Shown: positions 36,778-50,547, numbered from the whole stretch's first letter. The stretch is 57,922 nucleotides of DNA, filler included, from Sphacelaria rigidula (GCA_964200075.2; 9 parts of 9 records of this genome joined end to end with filler, not necessarily neighbours in it), one strand, 5' to 3'. Notes: generated by a model not told the origin, from the sequence alone. Program-made: numbers and translations.

Positions 36778-37371
36778 GTGAGACGTGATGTGTGTCGTGT
36801 ATGTGGTGTGTCGTGTGTGTGTGATATGTTGTGACATGATGTAATGTGCTTGCTGAGTACTGTATGTGGTGTGCCCTCAAGAAGGAACGGAAGAGGTGGT
36901 CTTTCTTGGGTTTTGGGAGGGGGCAGCGGGGGCGGGAGGAAATGATGATATTTTATTTTGCACAAAGACATGCGAGATATCTTTCAGTAGTAGTTCTGTG
37001 CACAACGTCGATGCGATATTTCCCCACACCCGCTCACGTCGTGTCCTCGCACAAACTTCACCGTGACTCCCCTCCCCCCCCCCCCACCTGCTAGAGGGGA
37101 AATGGGGAACGTAAACGAAGATAGCTTTAAATCGTTTGATGCAATAGACAGTAGCGAGAAAACGATGGCTATACTAGGGAATAGATGTTGGCCAGAGACG
37201 GCGAAACAGGACGGGGGATAAGATATATAAAGGGTTTTTGTGTGCTGTACGGAAGGAACGTAATGAGCGCCGGACAGTTGGAGGTGGCTCTAATAGGAGT
37301 AGGAACGGTGCTCCGTCTCGAAAGGGATGCGTGGTGAATGGTCAAATGACTGAGGCAAATAACAAATAAGT

Positions 37372-37402
<31 letters not shown>

Positions 37403-38710
37403 ACTACCCGCTCTCGCCGACTACCGTCGCGTCATGTNNNNNNNNNNGCCGAAGGGGGTGGCGGTGGGATGTTTAAATGCCTGAGCCAAAAAACAAAAAA
37501 AGCCCCCCCCCCCCCCCCCCTCCCGCGCACCAGACTGTGATTTGGAAACTTGTTCGTTTCACTCCCCTTACATCTAACCCATATCTTGTGAGGGGAGTGG
37601 CCGGTGACGTGTGCGCGCTACTTTTTTGTGATTTTGTATTTCGAGGCTTACGCTATTTTTGTCGTGTTTCGGTGCTTCGCTGAGGGGGCCTTGGATGGGT
37701 GTTTGTGGGTGTGTCGGACATGCAGTTTATTTTATTTTTCTTCTCACTTCTAACTCCTTCCCTTCGAGTCCGTGATCTCAAGGGATCAACCCATCTCTCC
37801 ACCAGCACAAGCCTTACATTCTCGTATCGCCGATTGGACCATGACTATCAGCAGTCCCGCACCGCATCGAATGTCGTCCAGCAAATTCATCCAAACATAA
37901 TATATATTTTTTGCTGCTCGCGTTCTCACTTACGACAAAAATCAGATCCAAGTACTTGAGAGGAAAAAGCCAAACTTGAGACCCGCGAATGTCCTGCCCC
38001 GATGGCATTAGTTGTACCGTTAGATCACCGGGACGCGGCATGAGCTGTGGATACATAGCTGGATACAGGGACAATTAGATATGGGCAATGTTTCATGTTA
38101 TGATCTAATTTTTTCGTCTTTTCAATTCATATTTGGACTCTTTCGAGCTTAGTTTGATGGATGGCTGTCGCGTAAAGAGTTTTCTTTTTTTTGTCGGGAT
38201 CAGAGGATCCCTCTGTTTTTTCTTGTGGTGTATTTATTGGCTGATGATTCCGTTGTATCATTCAATGACGGTGCCCCTGAGCTCATCTTCAGATATGTGT
38301 CGAACGTTACATGTCCGCCGTGCGTTGACTGATGCTGATGAGATCCTTGTCTCTTTCTGCCCCTCCTCCTTCTCCCATCGCCTCCGCCATCGCTCCTTGT
38401 ACCGACGCATCCACTCCTGACCACGGTACCATGACATTATTGCTATATGCGGCGCCCCGACTCGGCTTGCACGGCGCACACGTGGATGTCAACATTTTTT
38501 TTTCTGGAAAATAACGACGCAAACATTTAATGGTATTTCCCACCCCCCCCCCCCCCCACCCCCCCCCCCCCACAAAACCCACNNNNNNNNNNNNNNNNNN
38601 NNNNNNNNNNNNNNNNNNNNNNNNNNTTAATTAATTAANNNNNNNNNNNNNNNNNNNNNNNNNNNNNNNNNNNNNNNNNNNNCACTCAAGCCCCCCCCCC
38701 CCCCCCCCCG

Positions 38711-38843
38711 ACTGGTCGTTTTGATGTGGTCGATAAATTTCGCCTCGCCCTGATTGGACAGGTCGCTCCCAGAATTTTTCATCATTATTTCACCAACACG
38801 TCGTGAAGGTGGTATTAGTGAGCTCCAGTCCCAAAAGGGTTAA
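38711..38843 (-). mobile_element. piggyBac-like MITE end running into a G-tract
   Basis: Reverse complement of 50896-51023. Ends ...cagtcccaaaaggg|ttaa. Confidence 0.7.
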
Positions 38844-40799
38844 CTGACCCCCCATGGATCCAGCCGTGGAGTGTGTCCCTGCTGTAGTGCAACATCACAC
38901 CGCAGCGGGTACCAGCTCATGGTGTTGCGCTAGACTGCCGCCCTCGCGCCACATCGATTTCTAAGCCAGGAAGGCGACGCCCATAACCTTGGGGTCGTCA
39001 GCATTCTATTGCAAAATTTTGGTGGGTTTACATGAACCTCGTCAGCCGCAACCCTTGGTTGCACGATCGCTCACGTGAAAAAATTGCCTCCAAAGTTGCA
39101 TTTGATTTGACTCGAGTATTGCAGCTACTTCCTGGATACCGCTGTGCTGATATCAGATGCACAAATCACCCATGCTACGTAGTCTACTGGAGCATGAGAG
39201 ATATGCATCTGATTCAGGGATCACGGCGGGTTCGTTGCAAAATGTTTGACGGATTGCATGAGTGTCGCAAATGTTGTGAGGTCAAAGCGTACCTACAGTA
39301 CTGTGCCTGAAAACAAAATCTAACCTGTTCTGGCTCCGTTGCGCGGTGCTGCAGCACGTAACTCGAGATCTATGGGCATGAGGTTGATGGCGGAGCTTCA
39401 GAGGACACGCGTGCAAAGTTTCAGTGCCTCCCAGCTCCGACAGCGCGCGTATGGTTGCACCGAGTAGGATCAGGAACTGTACATACGATACCCCGATAAC
39501 GATTTCTGCATAAAGTCATTATCCAGATAGTACCCCAGTACGGATCGATGTTGTTCGCCAGAGTAGGAGCTGCCCTGCTGCACATTATGTGAAAACTCTT
39601 GCAGCACCATGTCCACATGACTTTCAACTTCGGGTGAACGAGATTTCGTCCGCGAAGCGTGGTGTTCGACGGCGTTTCGATCGTTTTGCCATAAATTCGG
39701 CAACCACGTTAATCTTTCTGCGATTGCGCCGGCACCGCTTGGCACACTTGCTGCTTGTGTCATGTTGAACCAATGTGCCAAATTTCATGTTTGATCGTGG
39801 AGGTAGGGTGGAGATTTGCACCGTTAACTTGTTGTGAAATCACCGAAAACGGCAGTTTTGGGCGTTCGCAAGTTACTGCATGGGTTACTGCTGTAGTGTG
39901 ATATACTGTACGAAACGTAGAAGTTGTTGTCGAGAGACTCACTAGAAGCAAGAAAACGGTCGTGGCGATTTCGCCGCGTACGTCTCGAGTTGGCAAATGC
40001 AATCTCGCGGGGCCTGTTGCTACAGGTGTGGCGTGTTTTTACTTTTTGGCCATGTTATGTAAATAGTACGTGGTTGGTGTACTTGTTTGATGCTGGCGTC
40101 GTGTCTATAAGCCTCATTTTCGTGTTTTGAAGTCACAGTGACGCCACCATAAGAAACGGTTCGTGTTGGATATGGACTGTACTGAAGGAAGTTAGGCAGT
40201 GCTGTGCTGAAGAAAAAAAACACGCGTTTTTTTGTGCAATACCCGCTTGTAATAGTCATCGAACAAGATGTGAGGTAGGACCAGCTACAAGGGCACGCAG
40301 CTCACACGAGGCATGCGTCACAGACGAATGTTCCCTGGCCCAATTGGCGGCACCACTGGGAAGCTGTGTTCAATGCGGGACCGCGGATGCTACCTTGTCG
40401 CTCCACAGATTGCCCGTTCTCACGTTCGGTTGTTTTGACGCTGTTGCTCTGTCTGTATTGGTTTCTTGTGACACCAATGGTACGCCGATGGTGGCGGCCA
40501 CGCTATACGACCAGGCCTTCTGCGTTCCAACAATCGGCACGGAGTGTACGACAACTTTGCTCGCACAGCACTTACCGAGAAAACTCGACTTGCTCTGTAT
40601 AGCTACACATCGGACGACTGCCGCCGGTGCACCAAATTCCAACGTGATACACCGCCGTTATGTCACATCACGGGAACATCATCGTTTTCGGGTATAACTT
40701 GATTCCATACAGTTTTTATAGTCACCGCTTCCATTTTTCTCCATGTCAGATTCCTTTGCCAAGACCGACTCTAGTGGGAGCCATTTAAAACTCCTGTTC

Positions 40800-41020
40800 A
40801 AAACTGCCTTTTTGGCCCTTCTCCGTCGTTTTACGCCTGAAAAAGAGGGCTAGGCGGATGTTGACGCCTTGGAACGACTTGCTCTCCTCATAGAGACCGT
40901 TCCAGGGCAACTTTGCATTTCTCGCTGGCCGCCCTTTTAATTTTTGACCAAACACGGATTTTCAGTGAAAAACGGTCAGGCGATGAAAAAACAGGGAGAA
41001 ACTTTGATCACCTGACCGTT
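40800..41020 (+). repeat. Diverged single arm of hairpin A (7541-7977)
   Basis: cgttttacgcc...gctaggcgga..ttgacgcctt.gaacgacttgctct aligns with ~7590-7715. Confidence 0.65.
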
Positions 41021-42488
41021 TCGGCGATTTCGTGGTTTACGTCTTCATGGAATCCGTCGGCTGCATTATTCTTGTCTTGTTTTCGGGGGAGATGGTGACA
41101 AATGAGCTCACCTCGCACAGATAGGTGTAACTCGAAGTGAATTGAAATATTCTTGCGCGAAGCGCGATTATGGCCTAGCGTTTGAAAACCGCCACTGGGC
41201 AAAAATCAATGACCCACCCGAAATCAGAAAAAAAAACAATCGAATGGGACATGCCCTACATCACTCTGCTGCAGCACAAACACACTCATGCTCTGTTTTG
41301 CGTGCTGTAGTTGTCGCTTCACTGTGGCGTCTTCAGACCTTTGTGGAGACGGGTTGATCTCCGCTGGGAACGCCCGAGATGCTCTATTTTGTCATTCCGT
41401 TCGTCTTAATGAAAAACAATGTCGGCACACAGTGCTCTCTACACGCTCTTACAACGTTCACGGTGCGCTGGCTGTTTGTCTCGAGTCAAGCGAATAAGGC
41501 GCTTCCAAAACTCATCATTTTTATGCTGTAGTTGTCGCTGCGCTGTTGTGCATCTTCTTCGTAAACACTCTACGGCGATCACGGTGTGATGTACGCTGGA
41601 GAGTACCTGAGCAGTTGCACTGCTGCATTCTGTGTGTCAGTCTGCTAAATTGGGGTGGGATCAAAGTGCTGTCCAAACAAAGAAGGGTTGAAACAATCGT
41701 CACGTGACGGCTGTGTAGCTATCTGTTGCGTCTTCTCTGGCAGTTCAGTTGCAGTCGGGTGCTGTGATCGGGGAAGCGCGCAAGGCCGGTGCGGGCAGGT
41801 TGGGGCAAACAACCTGAGCCAGCACGGATCTGCTGTATCCTCATTTATTCACGGTAGCAGCTGTCTGCCTCACAGCGGCGCAATGTGTCGGCCAATCAAA
41901 GCTATTTTTCGACTCATATTCCACTCGTTTCTCTCATCTGATTGAAGAGAGGTCGCGGCATTTTGGCGCTGTTCAAAGACTACGGTCGACAAGCCTCTCC
42001 ACTCGTAACTCTTGCCCCTATTTGTCGATCCAATGCCGAAAAACGAGCTGCCAACTCGGGTGGAGTACAACAGCAGTTCTGACTGTTGTGCGCTGATTTG
42101 TATTTTCAAAATAATGCATGATGGCATACAACTTCGATCTATATTTTTTTCTACAAGTACGTCTACGTCTACAGGTGGGTATTATTGTATTCTGAAATGG
42201 AGTTCAAGAACAACTGTCATGCGGAAATTTCAACCATGTGAAGGAGTAGATACAACAACAGTACAACGCAGTACAGTACAGTACAGTATAGTAGTATTAA
42301 TAGTAACGAAGTCACTGTGCTCCCTAGTTGATGACAGAAGGTCGTGAGTAACGATAGCCATTGCGATGAAAATGTGGGAGCAACTAGTGTACCCTCTCGA
42401 GCTCTCGTGGTGCCGCTGTGAGCCAAACCCACACAGGGATGCGGGGACTCGTACACTTGGTTACAACGCGCGACACGCACGTTCTTAC

Positions 42489-42552
42489 TTCGGATCCAGC
42501 CACGTCAAGAACGTCTGGACTAGTTCCCACGACTTTGCGGCCACGCTAGCGA
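42489..42552 (-). CDS. Probable downstream exon (VASVAAKSWELVQTFLTWLDP) of the gene starting at 43363
   Basis: Strong pyrimidine tract plus TAG acceptor, gtaaga donor. The phase-1 start matches the upstream exon. Confidence 0.45.
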
Positions 42553-43182
42553 CTAAGACACGAGGGTAGCCGGGAAAAGAGTTGAAACGGTGCAGCGAGC
42601 GTTAATTATGCCCCCGGATCAAGCCGCGAAACGAGCATGGGAGTACATCGCGCGTTCTACGAGTTTACTCTAGGGAGACATCCCGACAGTCAGTGTAGGC
42701 ATACAGGTGGTCTCCAATCGGTGATGTGGGCTCGGGTCCCGTGTTGCCTCAAGTCCAAAAAAGCTCAAGAGTTCAAGATCGGGAGGAAGAGCAGCCTTAT
42801 TACAGAAGCAACGCGAAAAGGTGAACGTCCTCGCGGTATCACTTCTGAAACGTCAGGTCATTTTAGCCTGAAGGGAGGGGAGGGGGCACCAGGCAGCACC
42901 AGCTGCAGGTGACTACCGCCCTCGACCCCTTTAGTGCCTATAAGGTTGCTTCGACTATTCTTCCCATCCTCAGCCCTATGCTCCTGTTGGTTCAATGATC
43001 TGGGCTCATCGGTCCGACGGGACAAAAAGGCAAACCAAAATCTCCGTGAAATGAAGCGACGACGAAAAACACGGTGTAATTGGGGAGAAAAATAACGGGC
43101 CTGCGAACAAGCGTGAGCAAATCTCTGACAATATTGAAAGCGCGAATACACATATGTTTTCGCTGATGCCAACAGTATTCAC

Positions 43183-43363
43183 CTGGTGTGCATGGCGGTG
43201 CACGAGAGCGGCCGAAGTGGCCCTGCCCCGGCCCCACCAAAGATGACACAGCCCTGGCCGATGACATGGATGAACAGCTGTGCGTCGCAGCCCTTCTCCT
43301 ACTGGTACAGGCAACTCGACTCCCCACATCCACCCCCACTCGGCCTAAGGATCTCAGCGCCAT
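43183..43363 (-). CDS. First exon with a mitochondrial-presequence-like N-terminus (MALRSLGRVG...SRRRAA...)
   Basis: ATG at 43363, R/S/A-rich and acid-poor, CAG|gtgaat donor. Confidence 0.55.
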
Positions 43364-43873
43364 CTCCTGTGAGTTATACTTGTCTTGAATATGCTTGGTG
43401 CGCGATGCTGTGATGACTTCGACAGTACTGCGCTGAAGCTTGAGCAGATGGGAGAAAGTCGACTGCAACAATAACAAGTACAACAGTACCGCGCCGTAAT
43501 TTTGTTTTTTACATCAGAACCGTTTCTCACAGCTGACTCGTCGTGTCCGTTGATCGAGTATGACTACTTGGTGAATGTACGTAAAACCCTTACATGAGGT
43601 TGCTCTAGCTCGTTTTTCTGATTTTCTCGAAACGAAGGGTGATTTTTGAGTCACAGGAGACTTGCTTTTTACCATTAATACGGTAGTTGCCTTCCTTGGG
43701 GGACGCAAATTGGCTCCGAACACGGGAAATGTTTAAATGTTCCGAGATGATTGCGGATAAGCGACTTCACCAGGGTGCTATACACCGTCATGTACACGAC
43801 TGGATACATGACAGCAGCCAGCGCAGGCACAGCGGAACTCGGGCAACTGGGTTGGTTCAGTATAGCGGCTTGC

Positions 43874-44063
43874 ATGGCGCCGGTCGGCGTTCGCACTCCT
43901 CGTCCTCTTGAAATTTTCGCCATTGTGCTGCCGCTCATTCGTCAGGCCCAGGCGTTCAGTTTTCCGTCTATTTCTGCCGTTCGTCGGGCGGGTAGTGCAA
44001 GGAGGACTTCAAGGCCTGCAGCTATCATGGCAAAGGGAAACGAGGGACCCCACTTCGTCATAG
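43874..44063 (+). CDS. First exon of a plastid-targeted protein (signal peptide ending AQA-F, transit peptide, then MAKGNEGPHFVIG)
   Basis: Hydrophobic stretch IFAIVLPLI, AQA|FSF cleavage motif, R/S-rich transit peptide, AG|gtgtgt donor. Confidence 0.6.
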
Positions 44064-44956
44064 GTGTGTGACGAGTATGTGCATCAAGTATGCTGTGCAT
44101 GCGCGCGTGTGTATATGTGGTACGGAGTCTTGAAGAGAATATAGCTGTGCGTACCACCTCTTCGAAGGTTGGAGGTTGCATGCACAAGTGTTGATGTAGT
44201 ATGACAGCGTTATCTTCGAAGCACAGGGGGATCATGTGCCTTGTCCGTGCCGTTGCGAATCTTATTACCACTATTGAGACGCGCTTCTTGTGATACATAT
44301 TCTTAAATGACACTCTATGAATGGTGTAGAGCTGAAGTACTTCCAGCGTATTGTCCAACAGCGGTATGCTCTATGCAGCGCCCAGGATCTTGGACGATGT
44401 TGTGAAAGAAAATCCAGGTCGCAACGAGCCGTAAAAAACGAGGGAACAAGAAATAACGTATTTTCACCCCGTGGCATTCATGGGTACAGGTCGTTATGAG
44501 ATAATTAAACTCAAATCAGCTACTTTTCGTTGCTGTCCATCATTCTCAAACGGATTCGAGGGCAGCAGTGTTTCGCCCAGTTTAGTGTCATGTTTTTCAC
44601 CACCACCCCCAAAAAGCGACAAGCACACATTCTTTCAATACACATAGATAGCAGTACGAGGTCAGAAAACTGACAACTATGCCGATGCACAGCTGTAGTA
44701 CTCGTCCTACGCTACCCCTCCGTCGAAGTCCGGTTCAATTCCATCCAGTACAGCGCACGAACGATCGACGGATAACCGGGAAAAAAGCCACGGCAACCTG
44801 TACAAGCCGAAAAGTCATATTCCAATATGGCCGACCTACACGCGATCGCAGATAACTCGCTGTGCACGAATGGCAGCCAGCTGAAACTCAACAGACAGGT
44901 TATGATTGCCAATAGCTCTCGTTTAACATCAAAATCGCACCGAGTAGTTCTCGGTA

Positions 44957-45029
44957 TTGTTGTTGTTGTTGTCTTCACATTAAAAACCGTTCCGATATCT
45001 GCGCGGTACATTCGTACTGGGCATCTGAT
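44957..45029 (-). mobile_element. 3' end of the (CAA)n-tailed retroposon, second copy
   Basis: Near-identical to 8903-8982. Confidence 0.65.
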
Positions 45030-45445
45030 NNNNNNNNNNNNNNNNNNNNNNNNNNNNNNNNNNNNNNNNNNNNTTAATTAATTAANNNNNNNNNNNNNNN
45101 NNNNNNNNNNNNNNNNNNNNNNNNNNNNNTCTTGCATTTGGATAACAGCCTACAATGAGTTGCTTTATTATCTGGTATCGCCACTTCCAGAGACAGCCAC
45201 GGCTTATGCACTGCCTCATGGGTGCCTCACCATTTCAATATCACGTAAGATGCCCATCCCCTTTGTGCGGAATCGATGTTCTCCCACCCCGCACAAAACG
45301 ATCTAGCTCTACCACCACCATGATTACCGTAGAAAAAACGCAAGCGCGCAAAGACAAACCGGTAACCTGATTGCCTTCCTTACGCAATGAGTGGCGTGTT
45401 TTACAGCATCGTTGCCAACGGACGCCAACCCCATCGGGGGTCCGC

Positions 45446-45490
45446 CCCTACAAAGCCGGGACGGAGCACGCCGGGTTCTCGCCGGACCAG
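45446..45490 (-). mobile_element. Internal fragment of the C-tract-targeting family, starting at a C-tract
   Basis: ctggtccggcgagaacccggcgtgctccgtcccggctttgtaggg. It lacks the usual 3' end. Confidence 0.7.
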
Positions 45491-45928
45491 AGGGGGGGGA
45501 GGCTTCCACGAAAAACAGGGGCTGACAGGTTCGTCAGACGACCTAACCACTCGCGGTGCAATTGTACTTGGGTGCAAACGGTGTCGAGTGGTATGAATGA
45601 CTGTGTCGTAGTGGTAACAAGCGCGTTGGGACAAACGTTTCTGCTTGCAACGACGATTTGAACTCGAAGTTCGTGGAAGATATGGCCCAAAAGACATCCT
45701 TCCCCCCCATTGTATAATCCCTCACGGGAAAAAAACCCCAGTGTAATACAGTAGGAAAGAAACGGAAGTGCGCCCAATATACAGGGGTCACGCGCGCCCA
45801 GCCCACGTAGCCGGCGTCTCTCTGTCGCTTGCCTGCATCTCATTGAATCAACATCACGATGAAAAATCACTTCAATAGACAAACACCACAGTGTCCTCCA
45901 TTTCGTCACACTTTCATCCCCCCGGCAT

Positions 45929-45997
45929 GGCTTTGAAGGGATGCGAGGCCAATGGTTTCATGTCTCATGACTACGGAATGCAAGATCATGATGAGTA
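45929..45997 (+). mobile_element. 5'-truncated copy of the C-tract-targeting family
   Basis: ggctttgaagggatgcgaggccaatgg...catgatgagta, with catcccccc on both sides. Confidence 0.8.
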
Positions 45998-46287
45998 CAC
46001 CCCATCCCCCCTCCTCCCCAGCTTGACCAATTCAACCCTCGACCTGAACAATTTCGGGAACAGCTTCTCATATTAACTCGGGACGACTTTCCTAGCGTAT
46101 CTATCATTATGAATCATACGGTTTCGAAAACCTTTTTTTTTTAGCAGAGACACTCATGATCCGGAGACGCCCGACACGTTGTTTTTTATCGATAATATGA
46201 GATATTCAAACAGAGAATTGTTAAGCAGATAAACTTCACCATTTCAAAAGTAAGAACTGTCGAATATGAACATACGGATTCGCATAC

Positions 46288-46386
46288 CTGCGGGTGCAGC
46301 CGCTGGTTAACCAGCTGCTCCGCCTCCCTCAGCAGCTCCCCGCACAGTACCGTCACGCTTGTAGTGCCATCACCAACCTCATCGTC
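46288..46386 (-). CDS. CCT2: T-complex protein 1 subunit beta exon ([33 protein letters not shown])
   Basis: GDGTTS chaperonin motif, 99 nt phase 0-0. The gene continues off the contig. Confidence 0.95.
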
Positions 46387-48236
46387 CTGATCATCGAAAA
46401 ATAATCGAACAAGTCAACGTGAATGTATCAACCCAGGTAGACACACACTTTTTAATGGGACTTGAAATAAAGGTCGTTCACAACCCTCATTTTTTCCCCT
46501 TTTTTTTCGAACTGAAGCAGAGAAAAAACAAAACAAAACGAAATTAAATTCAGAAAACATGCACTTTACGGGTTCGCAGGTGAGGATTATTGTCGCCACG
46601 GTAGAGCTAAACGCCTGAAAAACGACAAAACAAAAAACAGAAACACACTGCACAGCAAAATACGCGTGCCGGCGGTGAAAACTCGATAGCTATCGGACCA
46701 CATTCTCTGATCCACAAAGGGCGGGGCGTTGCTGAAAAGGTGACGTTCTTCACAGCTTGCCATTCCCCATGGGAGATATTTACCATACCCCTAAATCCCG
46801 GCTGTTTATCAAACGCTGGGTCATAGCGGCAGAAGCTTTATTCATTCATCACAACATCATCAACCTGGGTCACAGCAACGGAAGCGTTACTCGTTCATCA
46901 CGGCTGAATAGCTGGCATGCCATCAAAACTTATTGCTTCACTTTTGCCCAACGACAGCACAAGCACGAAAGCACTCGTAATTCGGGCGCAGCAGATTCCT
47001 GCCAGAAGGCAGCGAGCTGACGATTGCCCCCGGTCCCCCATCTCTTCCTGATCGACTCTCCGCCAACATAATCACCCGTGCTATCGTTCTCGCATCAGCG
47101 CAAAGGACCCTCGCTATGGTCAAGAAACAGGTCGTTCAATTTTTCGCAAAAGAGAACAAACTCGGCAGTAACAACTCGCTTCGCCGGGCGACAATCAGAG
47201 AGCTATTTCCCTGATCATGCACCGAGAGATGAGTGTCTGCGGCACACCAGAAGGCAGGACTGTCGTTGTTCGAGGTTTGGCGAGAGTGACGCAACAACAA
47301 AGCACACGGCATTCCAGCGCATGCGTGATAGCTCCGAGACGATACGAGCCCCTCTTCAGCTAGACACACACGTGGACGCACGCACGCACGCACACGGGCA
47401 CACACACACAATCTATTGTCATTATCCATCACACCCTGGATAATGACAAAATATTACGATGCCAAGAAGTGCACTGCGTAAAGAATGGAATACTTTGTCG
47501 CATAAAAGACGCAATAGTCGATACTGTACACCGTACACCTTCTGAAAATGTAGTCTAATGTCCACGGTGTAGAATCTATACAGAAGATTTCAGCAACTAC
47601 GTCAAGCCGTGTCGATGGTACTACAACAGTGCTACTACACAACAATTGTCGTTCGGTGACCAAGATCGACAGAAGCCTCAAAGCAAGAGGGTGCTGCAAT
47701 GCAGAGTATAGTTCTGTTCCCGACAGCAGTACCGCCTTCGAGCTCATACCGTGCGCTAAAAGTAGCCAAGTGGACCCCCCCCTGGCGGCTTCTTTGAGAG
47801 CTGACGAACTGTCAGAGCTCAGCAATGTGCCAGTACAGCACTCGATACTGCTGCAATTGCCCCTCGTGTGTACCACTATCATCGGTGCAGAGCAAAAGTG
47901 TTGTGTGTCACATCTCGGACGATCTCTGCGTCGACAACGCAGCAGTGATTGGGTCATGACTCCACCGAGGCACAACACCAAAATACGGGGCGATACAGGA
48001 TCATTTTAGAACACCACCGTCTCATCATCGAAAATCATCACAAACGCCGGTCAGACACGGGAACACCATGATAAAGCCTTTTTTTTTTCTATTTGCTTAT
48101 CCTCGAAAGTCGTCACTGCAGAAATCACGTTTGGGGACGAGAGCCGGAAACTTGAAACTTCTGCGAAAACACAAAATTAAGGAAAGATCAAGAAAAAATA
48201 GGGAACGCGGATGCGCAAAAAAAAAACGATACTCGC

Positions 48237-48373
48237 CTGCGTCTTGGCGATGTTGACTAGAACCTTTGCCGCCGCGTTGTCGACCTGTATCGCTCTCAGG
48301 ATCGTGGCACCATCATTGGTGACAGAAATGCCTCCGTCCCGGCTGCCCACGGACTGCAAGATCTTGTCCATGC
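48237..48373 (-). CDS. CCT2: CCT2 exon (GMDKILQS...VTNDGATIL...[15 protein letters not shown]), GC donor
   Basis: GMDKILQS and TNDGATIL motifs. Ends CAG|gcgagt. Confidence 0.95.
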
Positions 48374-48974
48374 CTATAATAAATAGACAGCACAAGAAGA
48401 AGAAAAAAATCGTAGCACGTTTCGGTGTACTCGAGTACGAACCCTCCCCTTGTCGAGACGAGTCCGTTAGCAGGAGGGATGAACCGACCTCTCTCCCGGG
48501 TACTTATACATGCCTAATATTGCTCAATGGTAGGGGGTGTTATTGGGTTGGACCCCCACATTACCTTGCGCAAAGCTTGCGAACGCTCGAGGCACCTAAC
48601 CTACATGGCTGCCGCGGGGTGGTCCAACCGAGCTTCCGGGTAATCAGCACACGAACCCAATTGTGGAGTATGTGTTGAATCAGGTTTCCTCCCTTCTTTA
48701 TGGGCAACATAAAGAATGCTTCACATTTTGGCATTTAACCTATAAAAAATACGTCTCTTGCGGGTACACCGCTTTTGTTATCATGAATCAAGCTTTCGTG
48801 TGAAAATCTTTGAAAGAAGTATGGTGGATCACTTACATAAAAGGCATACTTTCAAAGATCGTGTTCCGTGGGGTATGTAGCCGGGAACGGGGGGATTTTT
48901 GGTTGGCACACTAGACCATACCGGAATTGATTGATTTTTCATATTGGATGATTGCAACAATCCAGCCCGTGGTC

Positions 48975-49140
48975 AGGAGCAAAAAAGAACAGGAGGAAAG
49001 AAAGAGAAGAAGACAGAAGCAACAGCCACAAAAAGAAAGAAGAAAGGAAACAACGACAACAACGACAATAACACCACAAACAAAAACAACGAACAAGAGC
49101 AACAACAACAACAACAACAACAAACAGAAACAACACAAGA
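48975..49140. repeat. A-rich / (CAA)n low-complexity tract in a CCT2 intron
   Basis: Read directly. Confidence 0.85.
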
Positions 49141-49740
49141 TGATTATCTCGCACTACGTAGCTGATTGCAACACTCCAGCTCGTGATCAGCAAAAAAAAA
49201 AGTGTTCCCAACAACCCGGGATGGTAAGGAAGGGTGCAGAGTCCTGTTCCAAACAACCCGGTATGGGTTGGAAGTGTATGTGCCGATAACCCATCCCTTT
49301 AAAACTTGCACAAATACCCGACTTTTCGCTGGCATACCATTCATAACACAACCTCGCATGTTTTTCCCTTCTGGAAACATAGATACTTCCAAACGTCGGA
49401 CAGGTCATGAGCTACCTAAATATTACTTCCTATCAGTGTACTGATCTGAATCATTGCTATAATAGATCACATATCCCCCTTTTTGCGAATTCCCTCCCTA
49501 CGGCGCTGGACGCCTAGCGCGCGGAGTAGCGCACAGGTAGCGCTTTGACTTCTCGAACCCTGCCATCACTTATTTCGGGATTTTGGGCACGGGGGGTTCT
49601 AAAAGACCTCTTGGATAAGTTATTTCGTGTGGCTGACGAGCAGTCCGACGTGCGGGTACTTCATACAGGTCCATCCAAGTACACTGAGAAGTAACCGAAT
49701 ATCTCCTGCCCGTGGCATTCATAACCTTATATACCGTTAC

Positions 49741-49852
49741 CTTTGGGGCCAAGCGTGGTCTTGACCAAGTCTGCGATCGCGATCGCTCCCACGAAAGAAC
49801 TCAACCGCGCATTGTCTCCCTTATCCACCTGGGCCATATCGTTCAACACCGC
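49741..49852 (-). CDS. CCT2: CCT2 exon ([38 protein letters not shown])
   Basis: [22 protein letters not shown] is characteristic of the beta subunit. The short ATG exon was not located. Confidence 0.95.
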
Positions 49853-50547
49853 CTGCAGACGCACATCGAACGGTCGTGAACCGACAGCACGTTGAAACAA
49901 ATACAAAGAGTGGAAACACAGGGAAAACGACGCTCTTAGATCTTCGCATCATCGCAAGGACACCTTCTAGGAATCGTTCTGCGGACCGTTGCATGTTCAA
50001 AATCTCATGTTGTAAAAACCTGACTGACTATCGACAGCTAGTACTTGGTCCTATTACGGTCGCGTGTAGTTAATAGAAGTAAATGTATAGGAAAACAAAT
50101 ATGCACACAAGTGGGGCCCTCCAACAAACACCTGTTTTGTAGCGCTACCAAAAGCTTCAAGCCCGCTGTAGACCCTATTATATTTATATCATCGCAGCAT
50201 ATTGGTATCTTGGATACATGAAAAAAAATTAAGAGTGTAGCTTTCGTCAGGTGCCGGTCGTATATTCAGAAAGCAAACACAAGTTGCGGTAGCGCACGTC
50301 GAAAACGAGCACTACGTCTTCAAGGGAATACTTTTTTCAAACCCATTTTTGAGCATCAAACCGTAGAACCAGTTCAAATAGATAGCCATGAATCAGGCGG
50401 TTCGAACGGTCCATTTAGACTTTAAATCAGCGCCCGCAATCTCGAGATATGGATAGTTGAAGAGGGGCACCTCGGGTAAACGAGCACTTGATTCGGCCCA
50501 AGGGTAATATGGTCATTTGCGCATAACTTGTTTTTTTTTGTTCTTCT

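Noticed and set aside
48911..49289. Poly-L/N/Q ORFs
   Set aside because: Low-complexity CAA tract inside a CCT2 intron.
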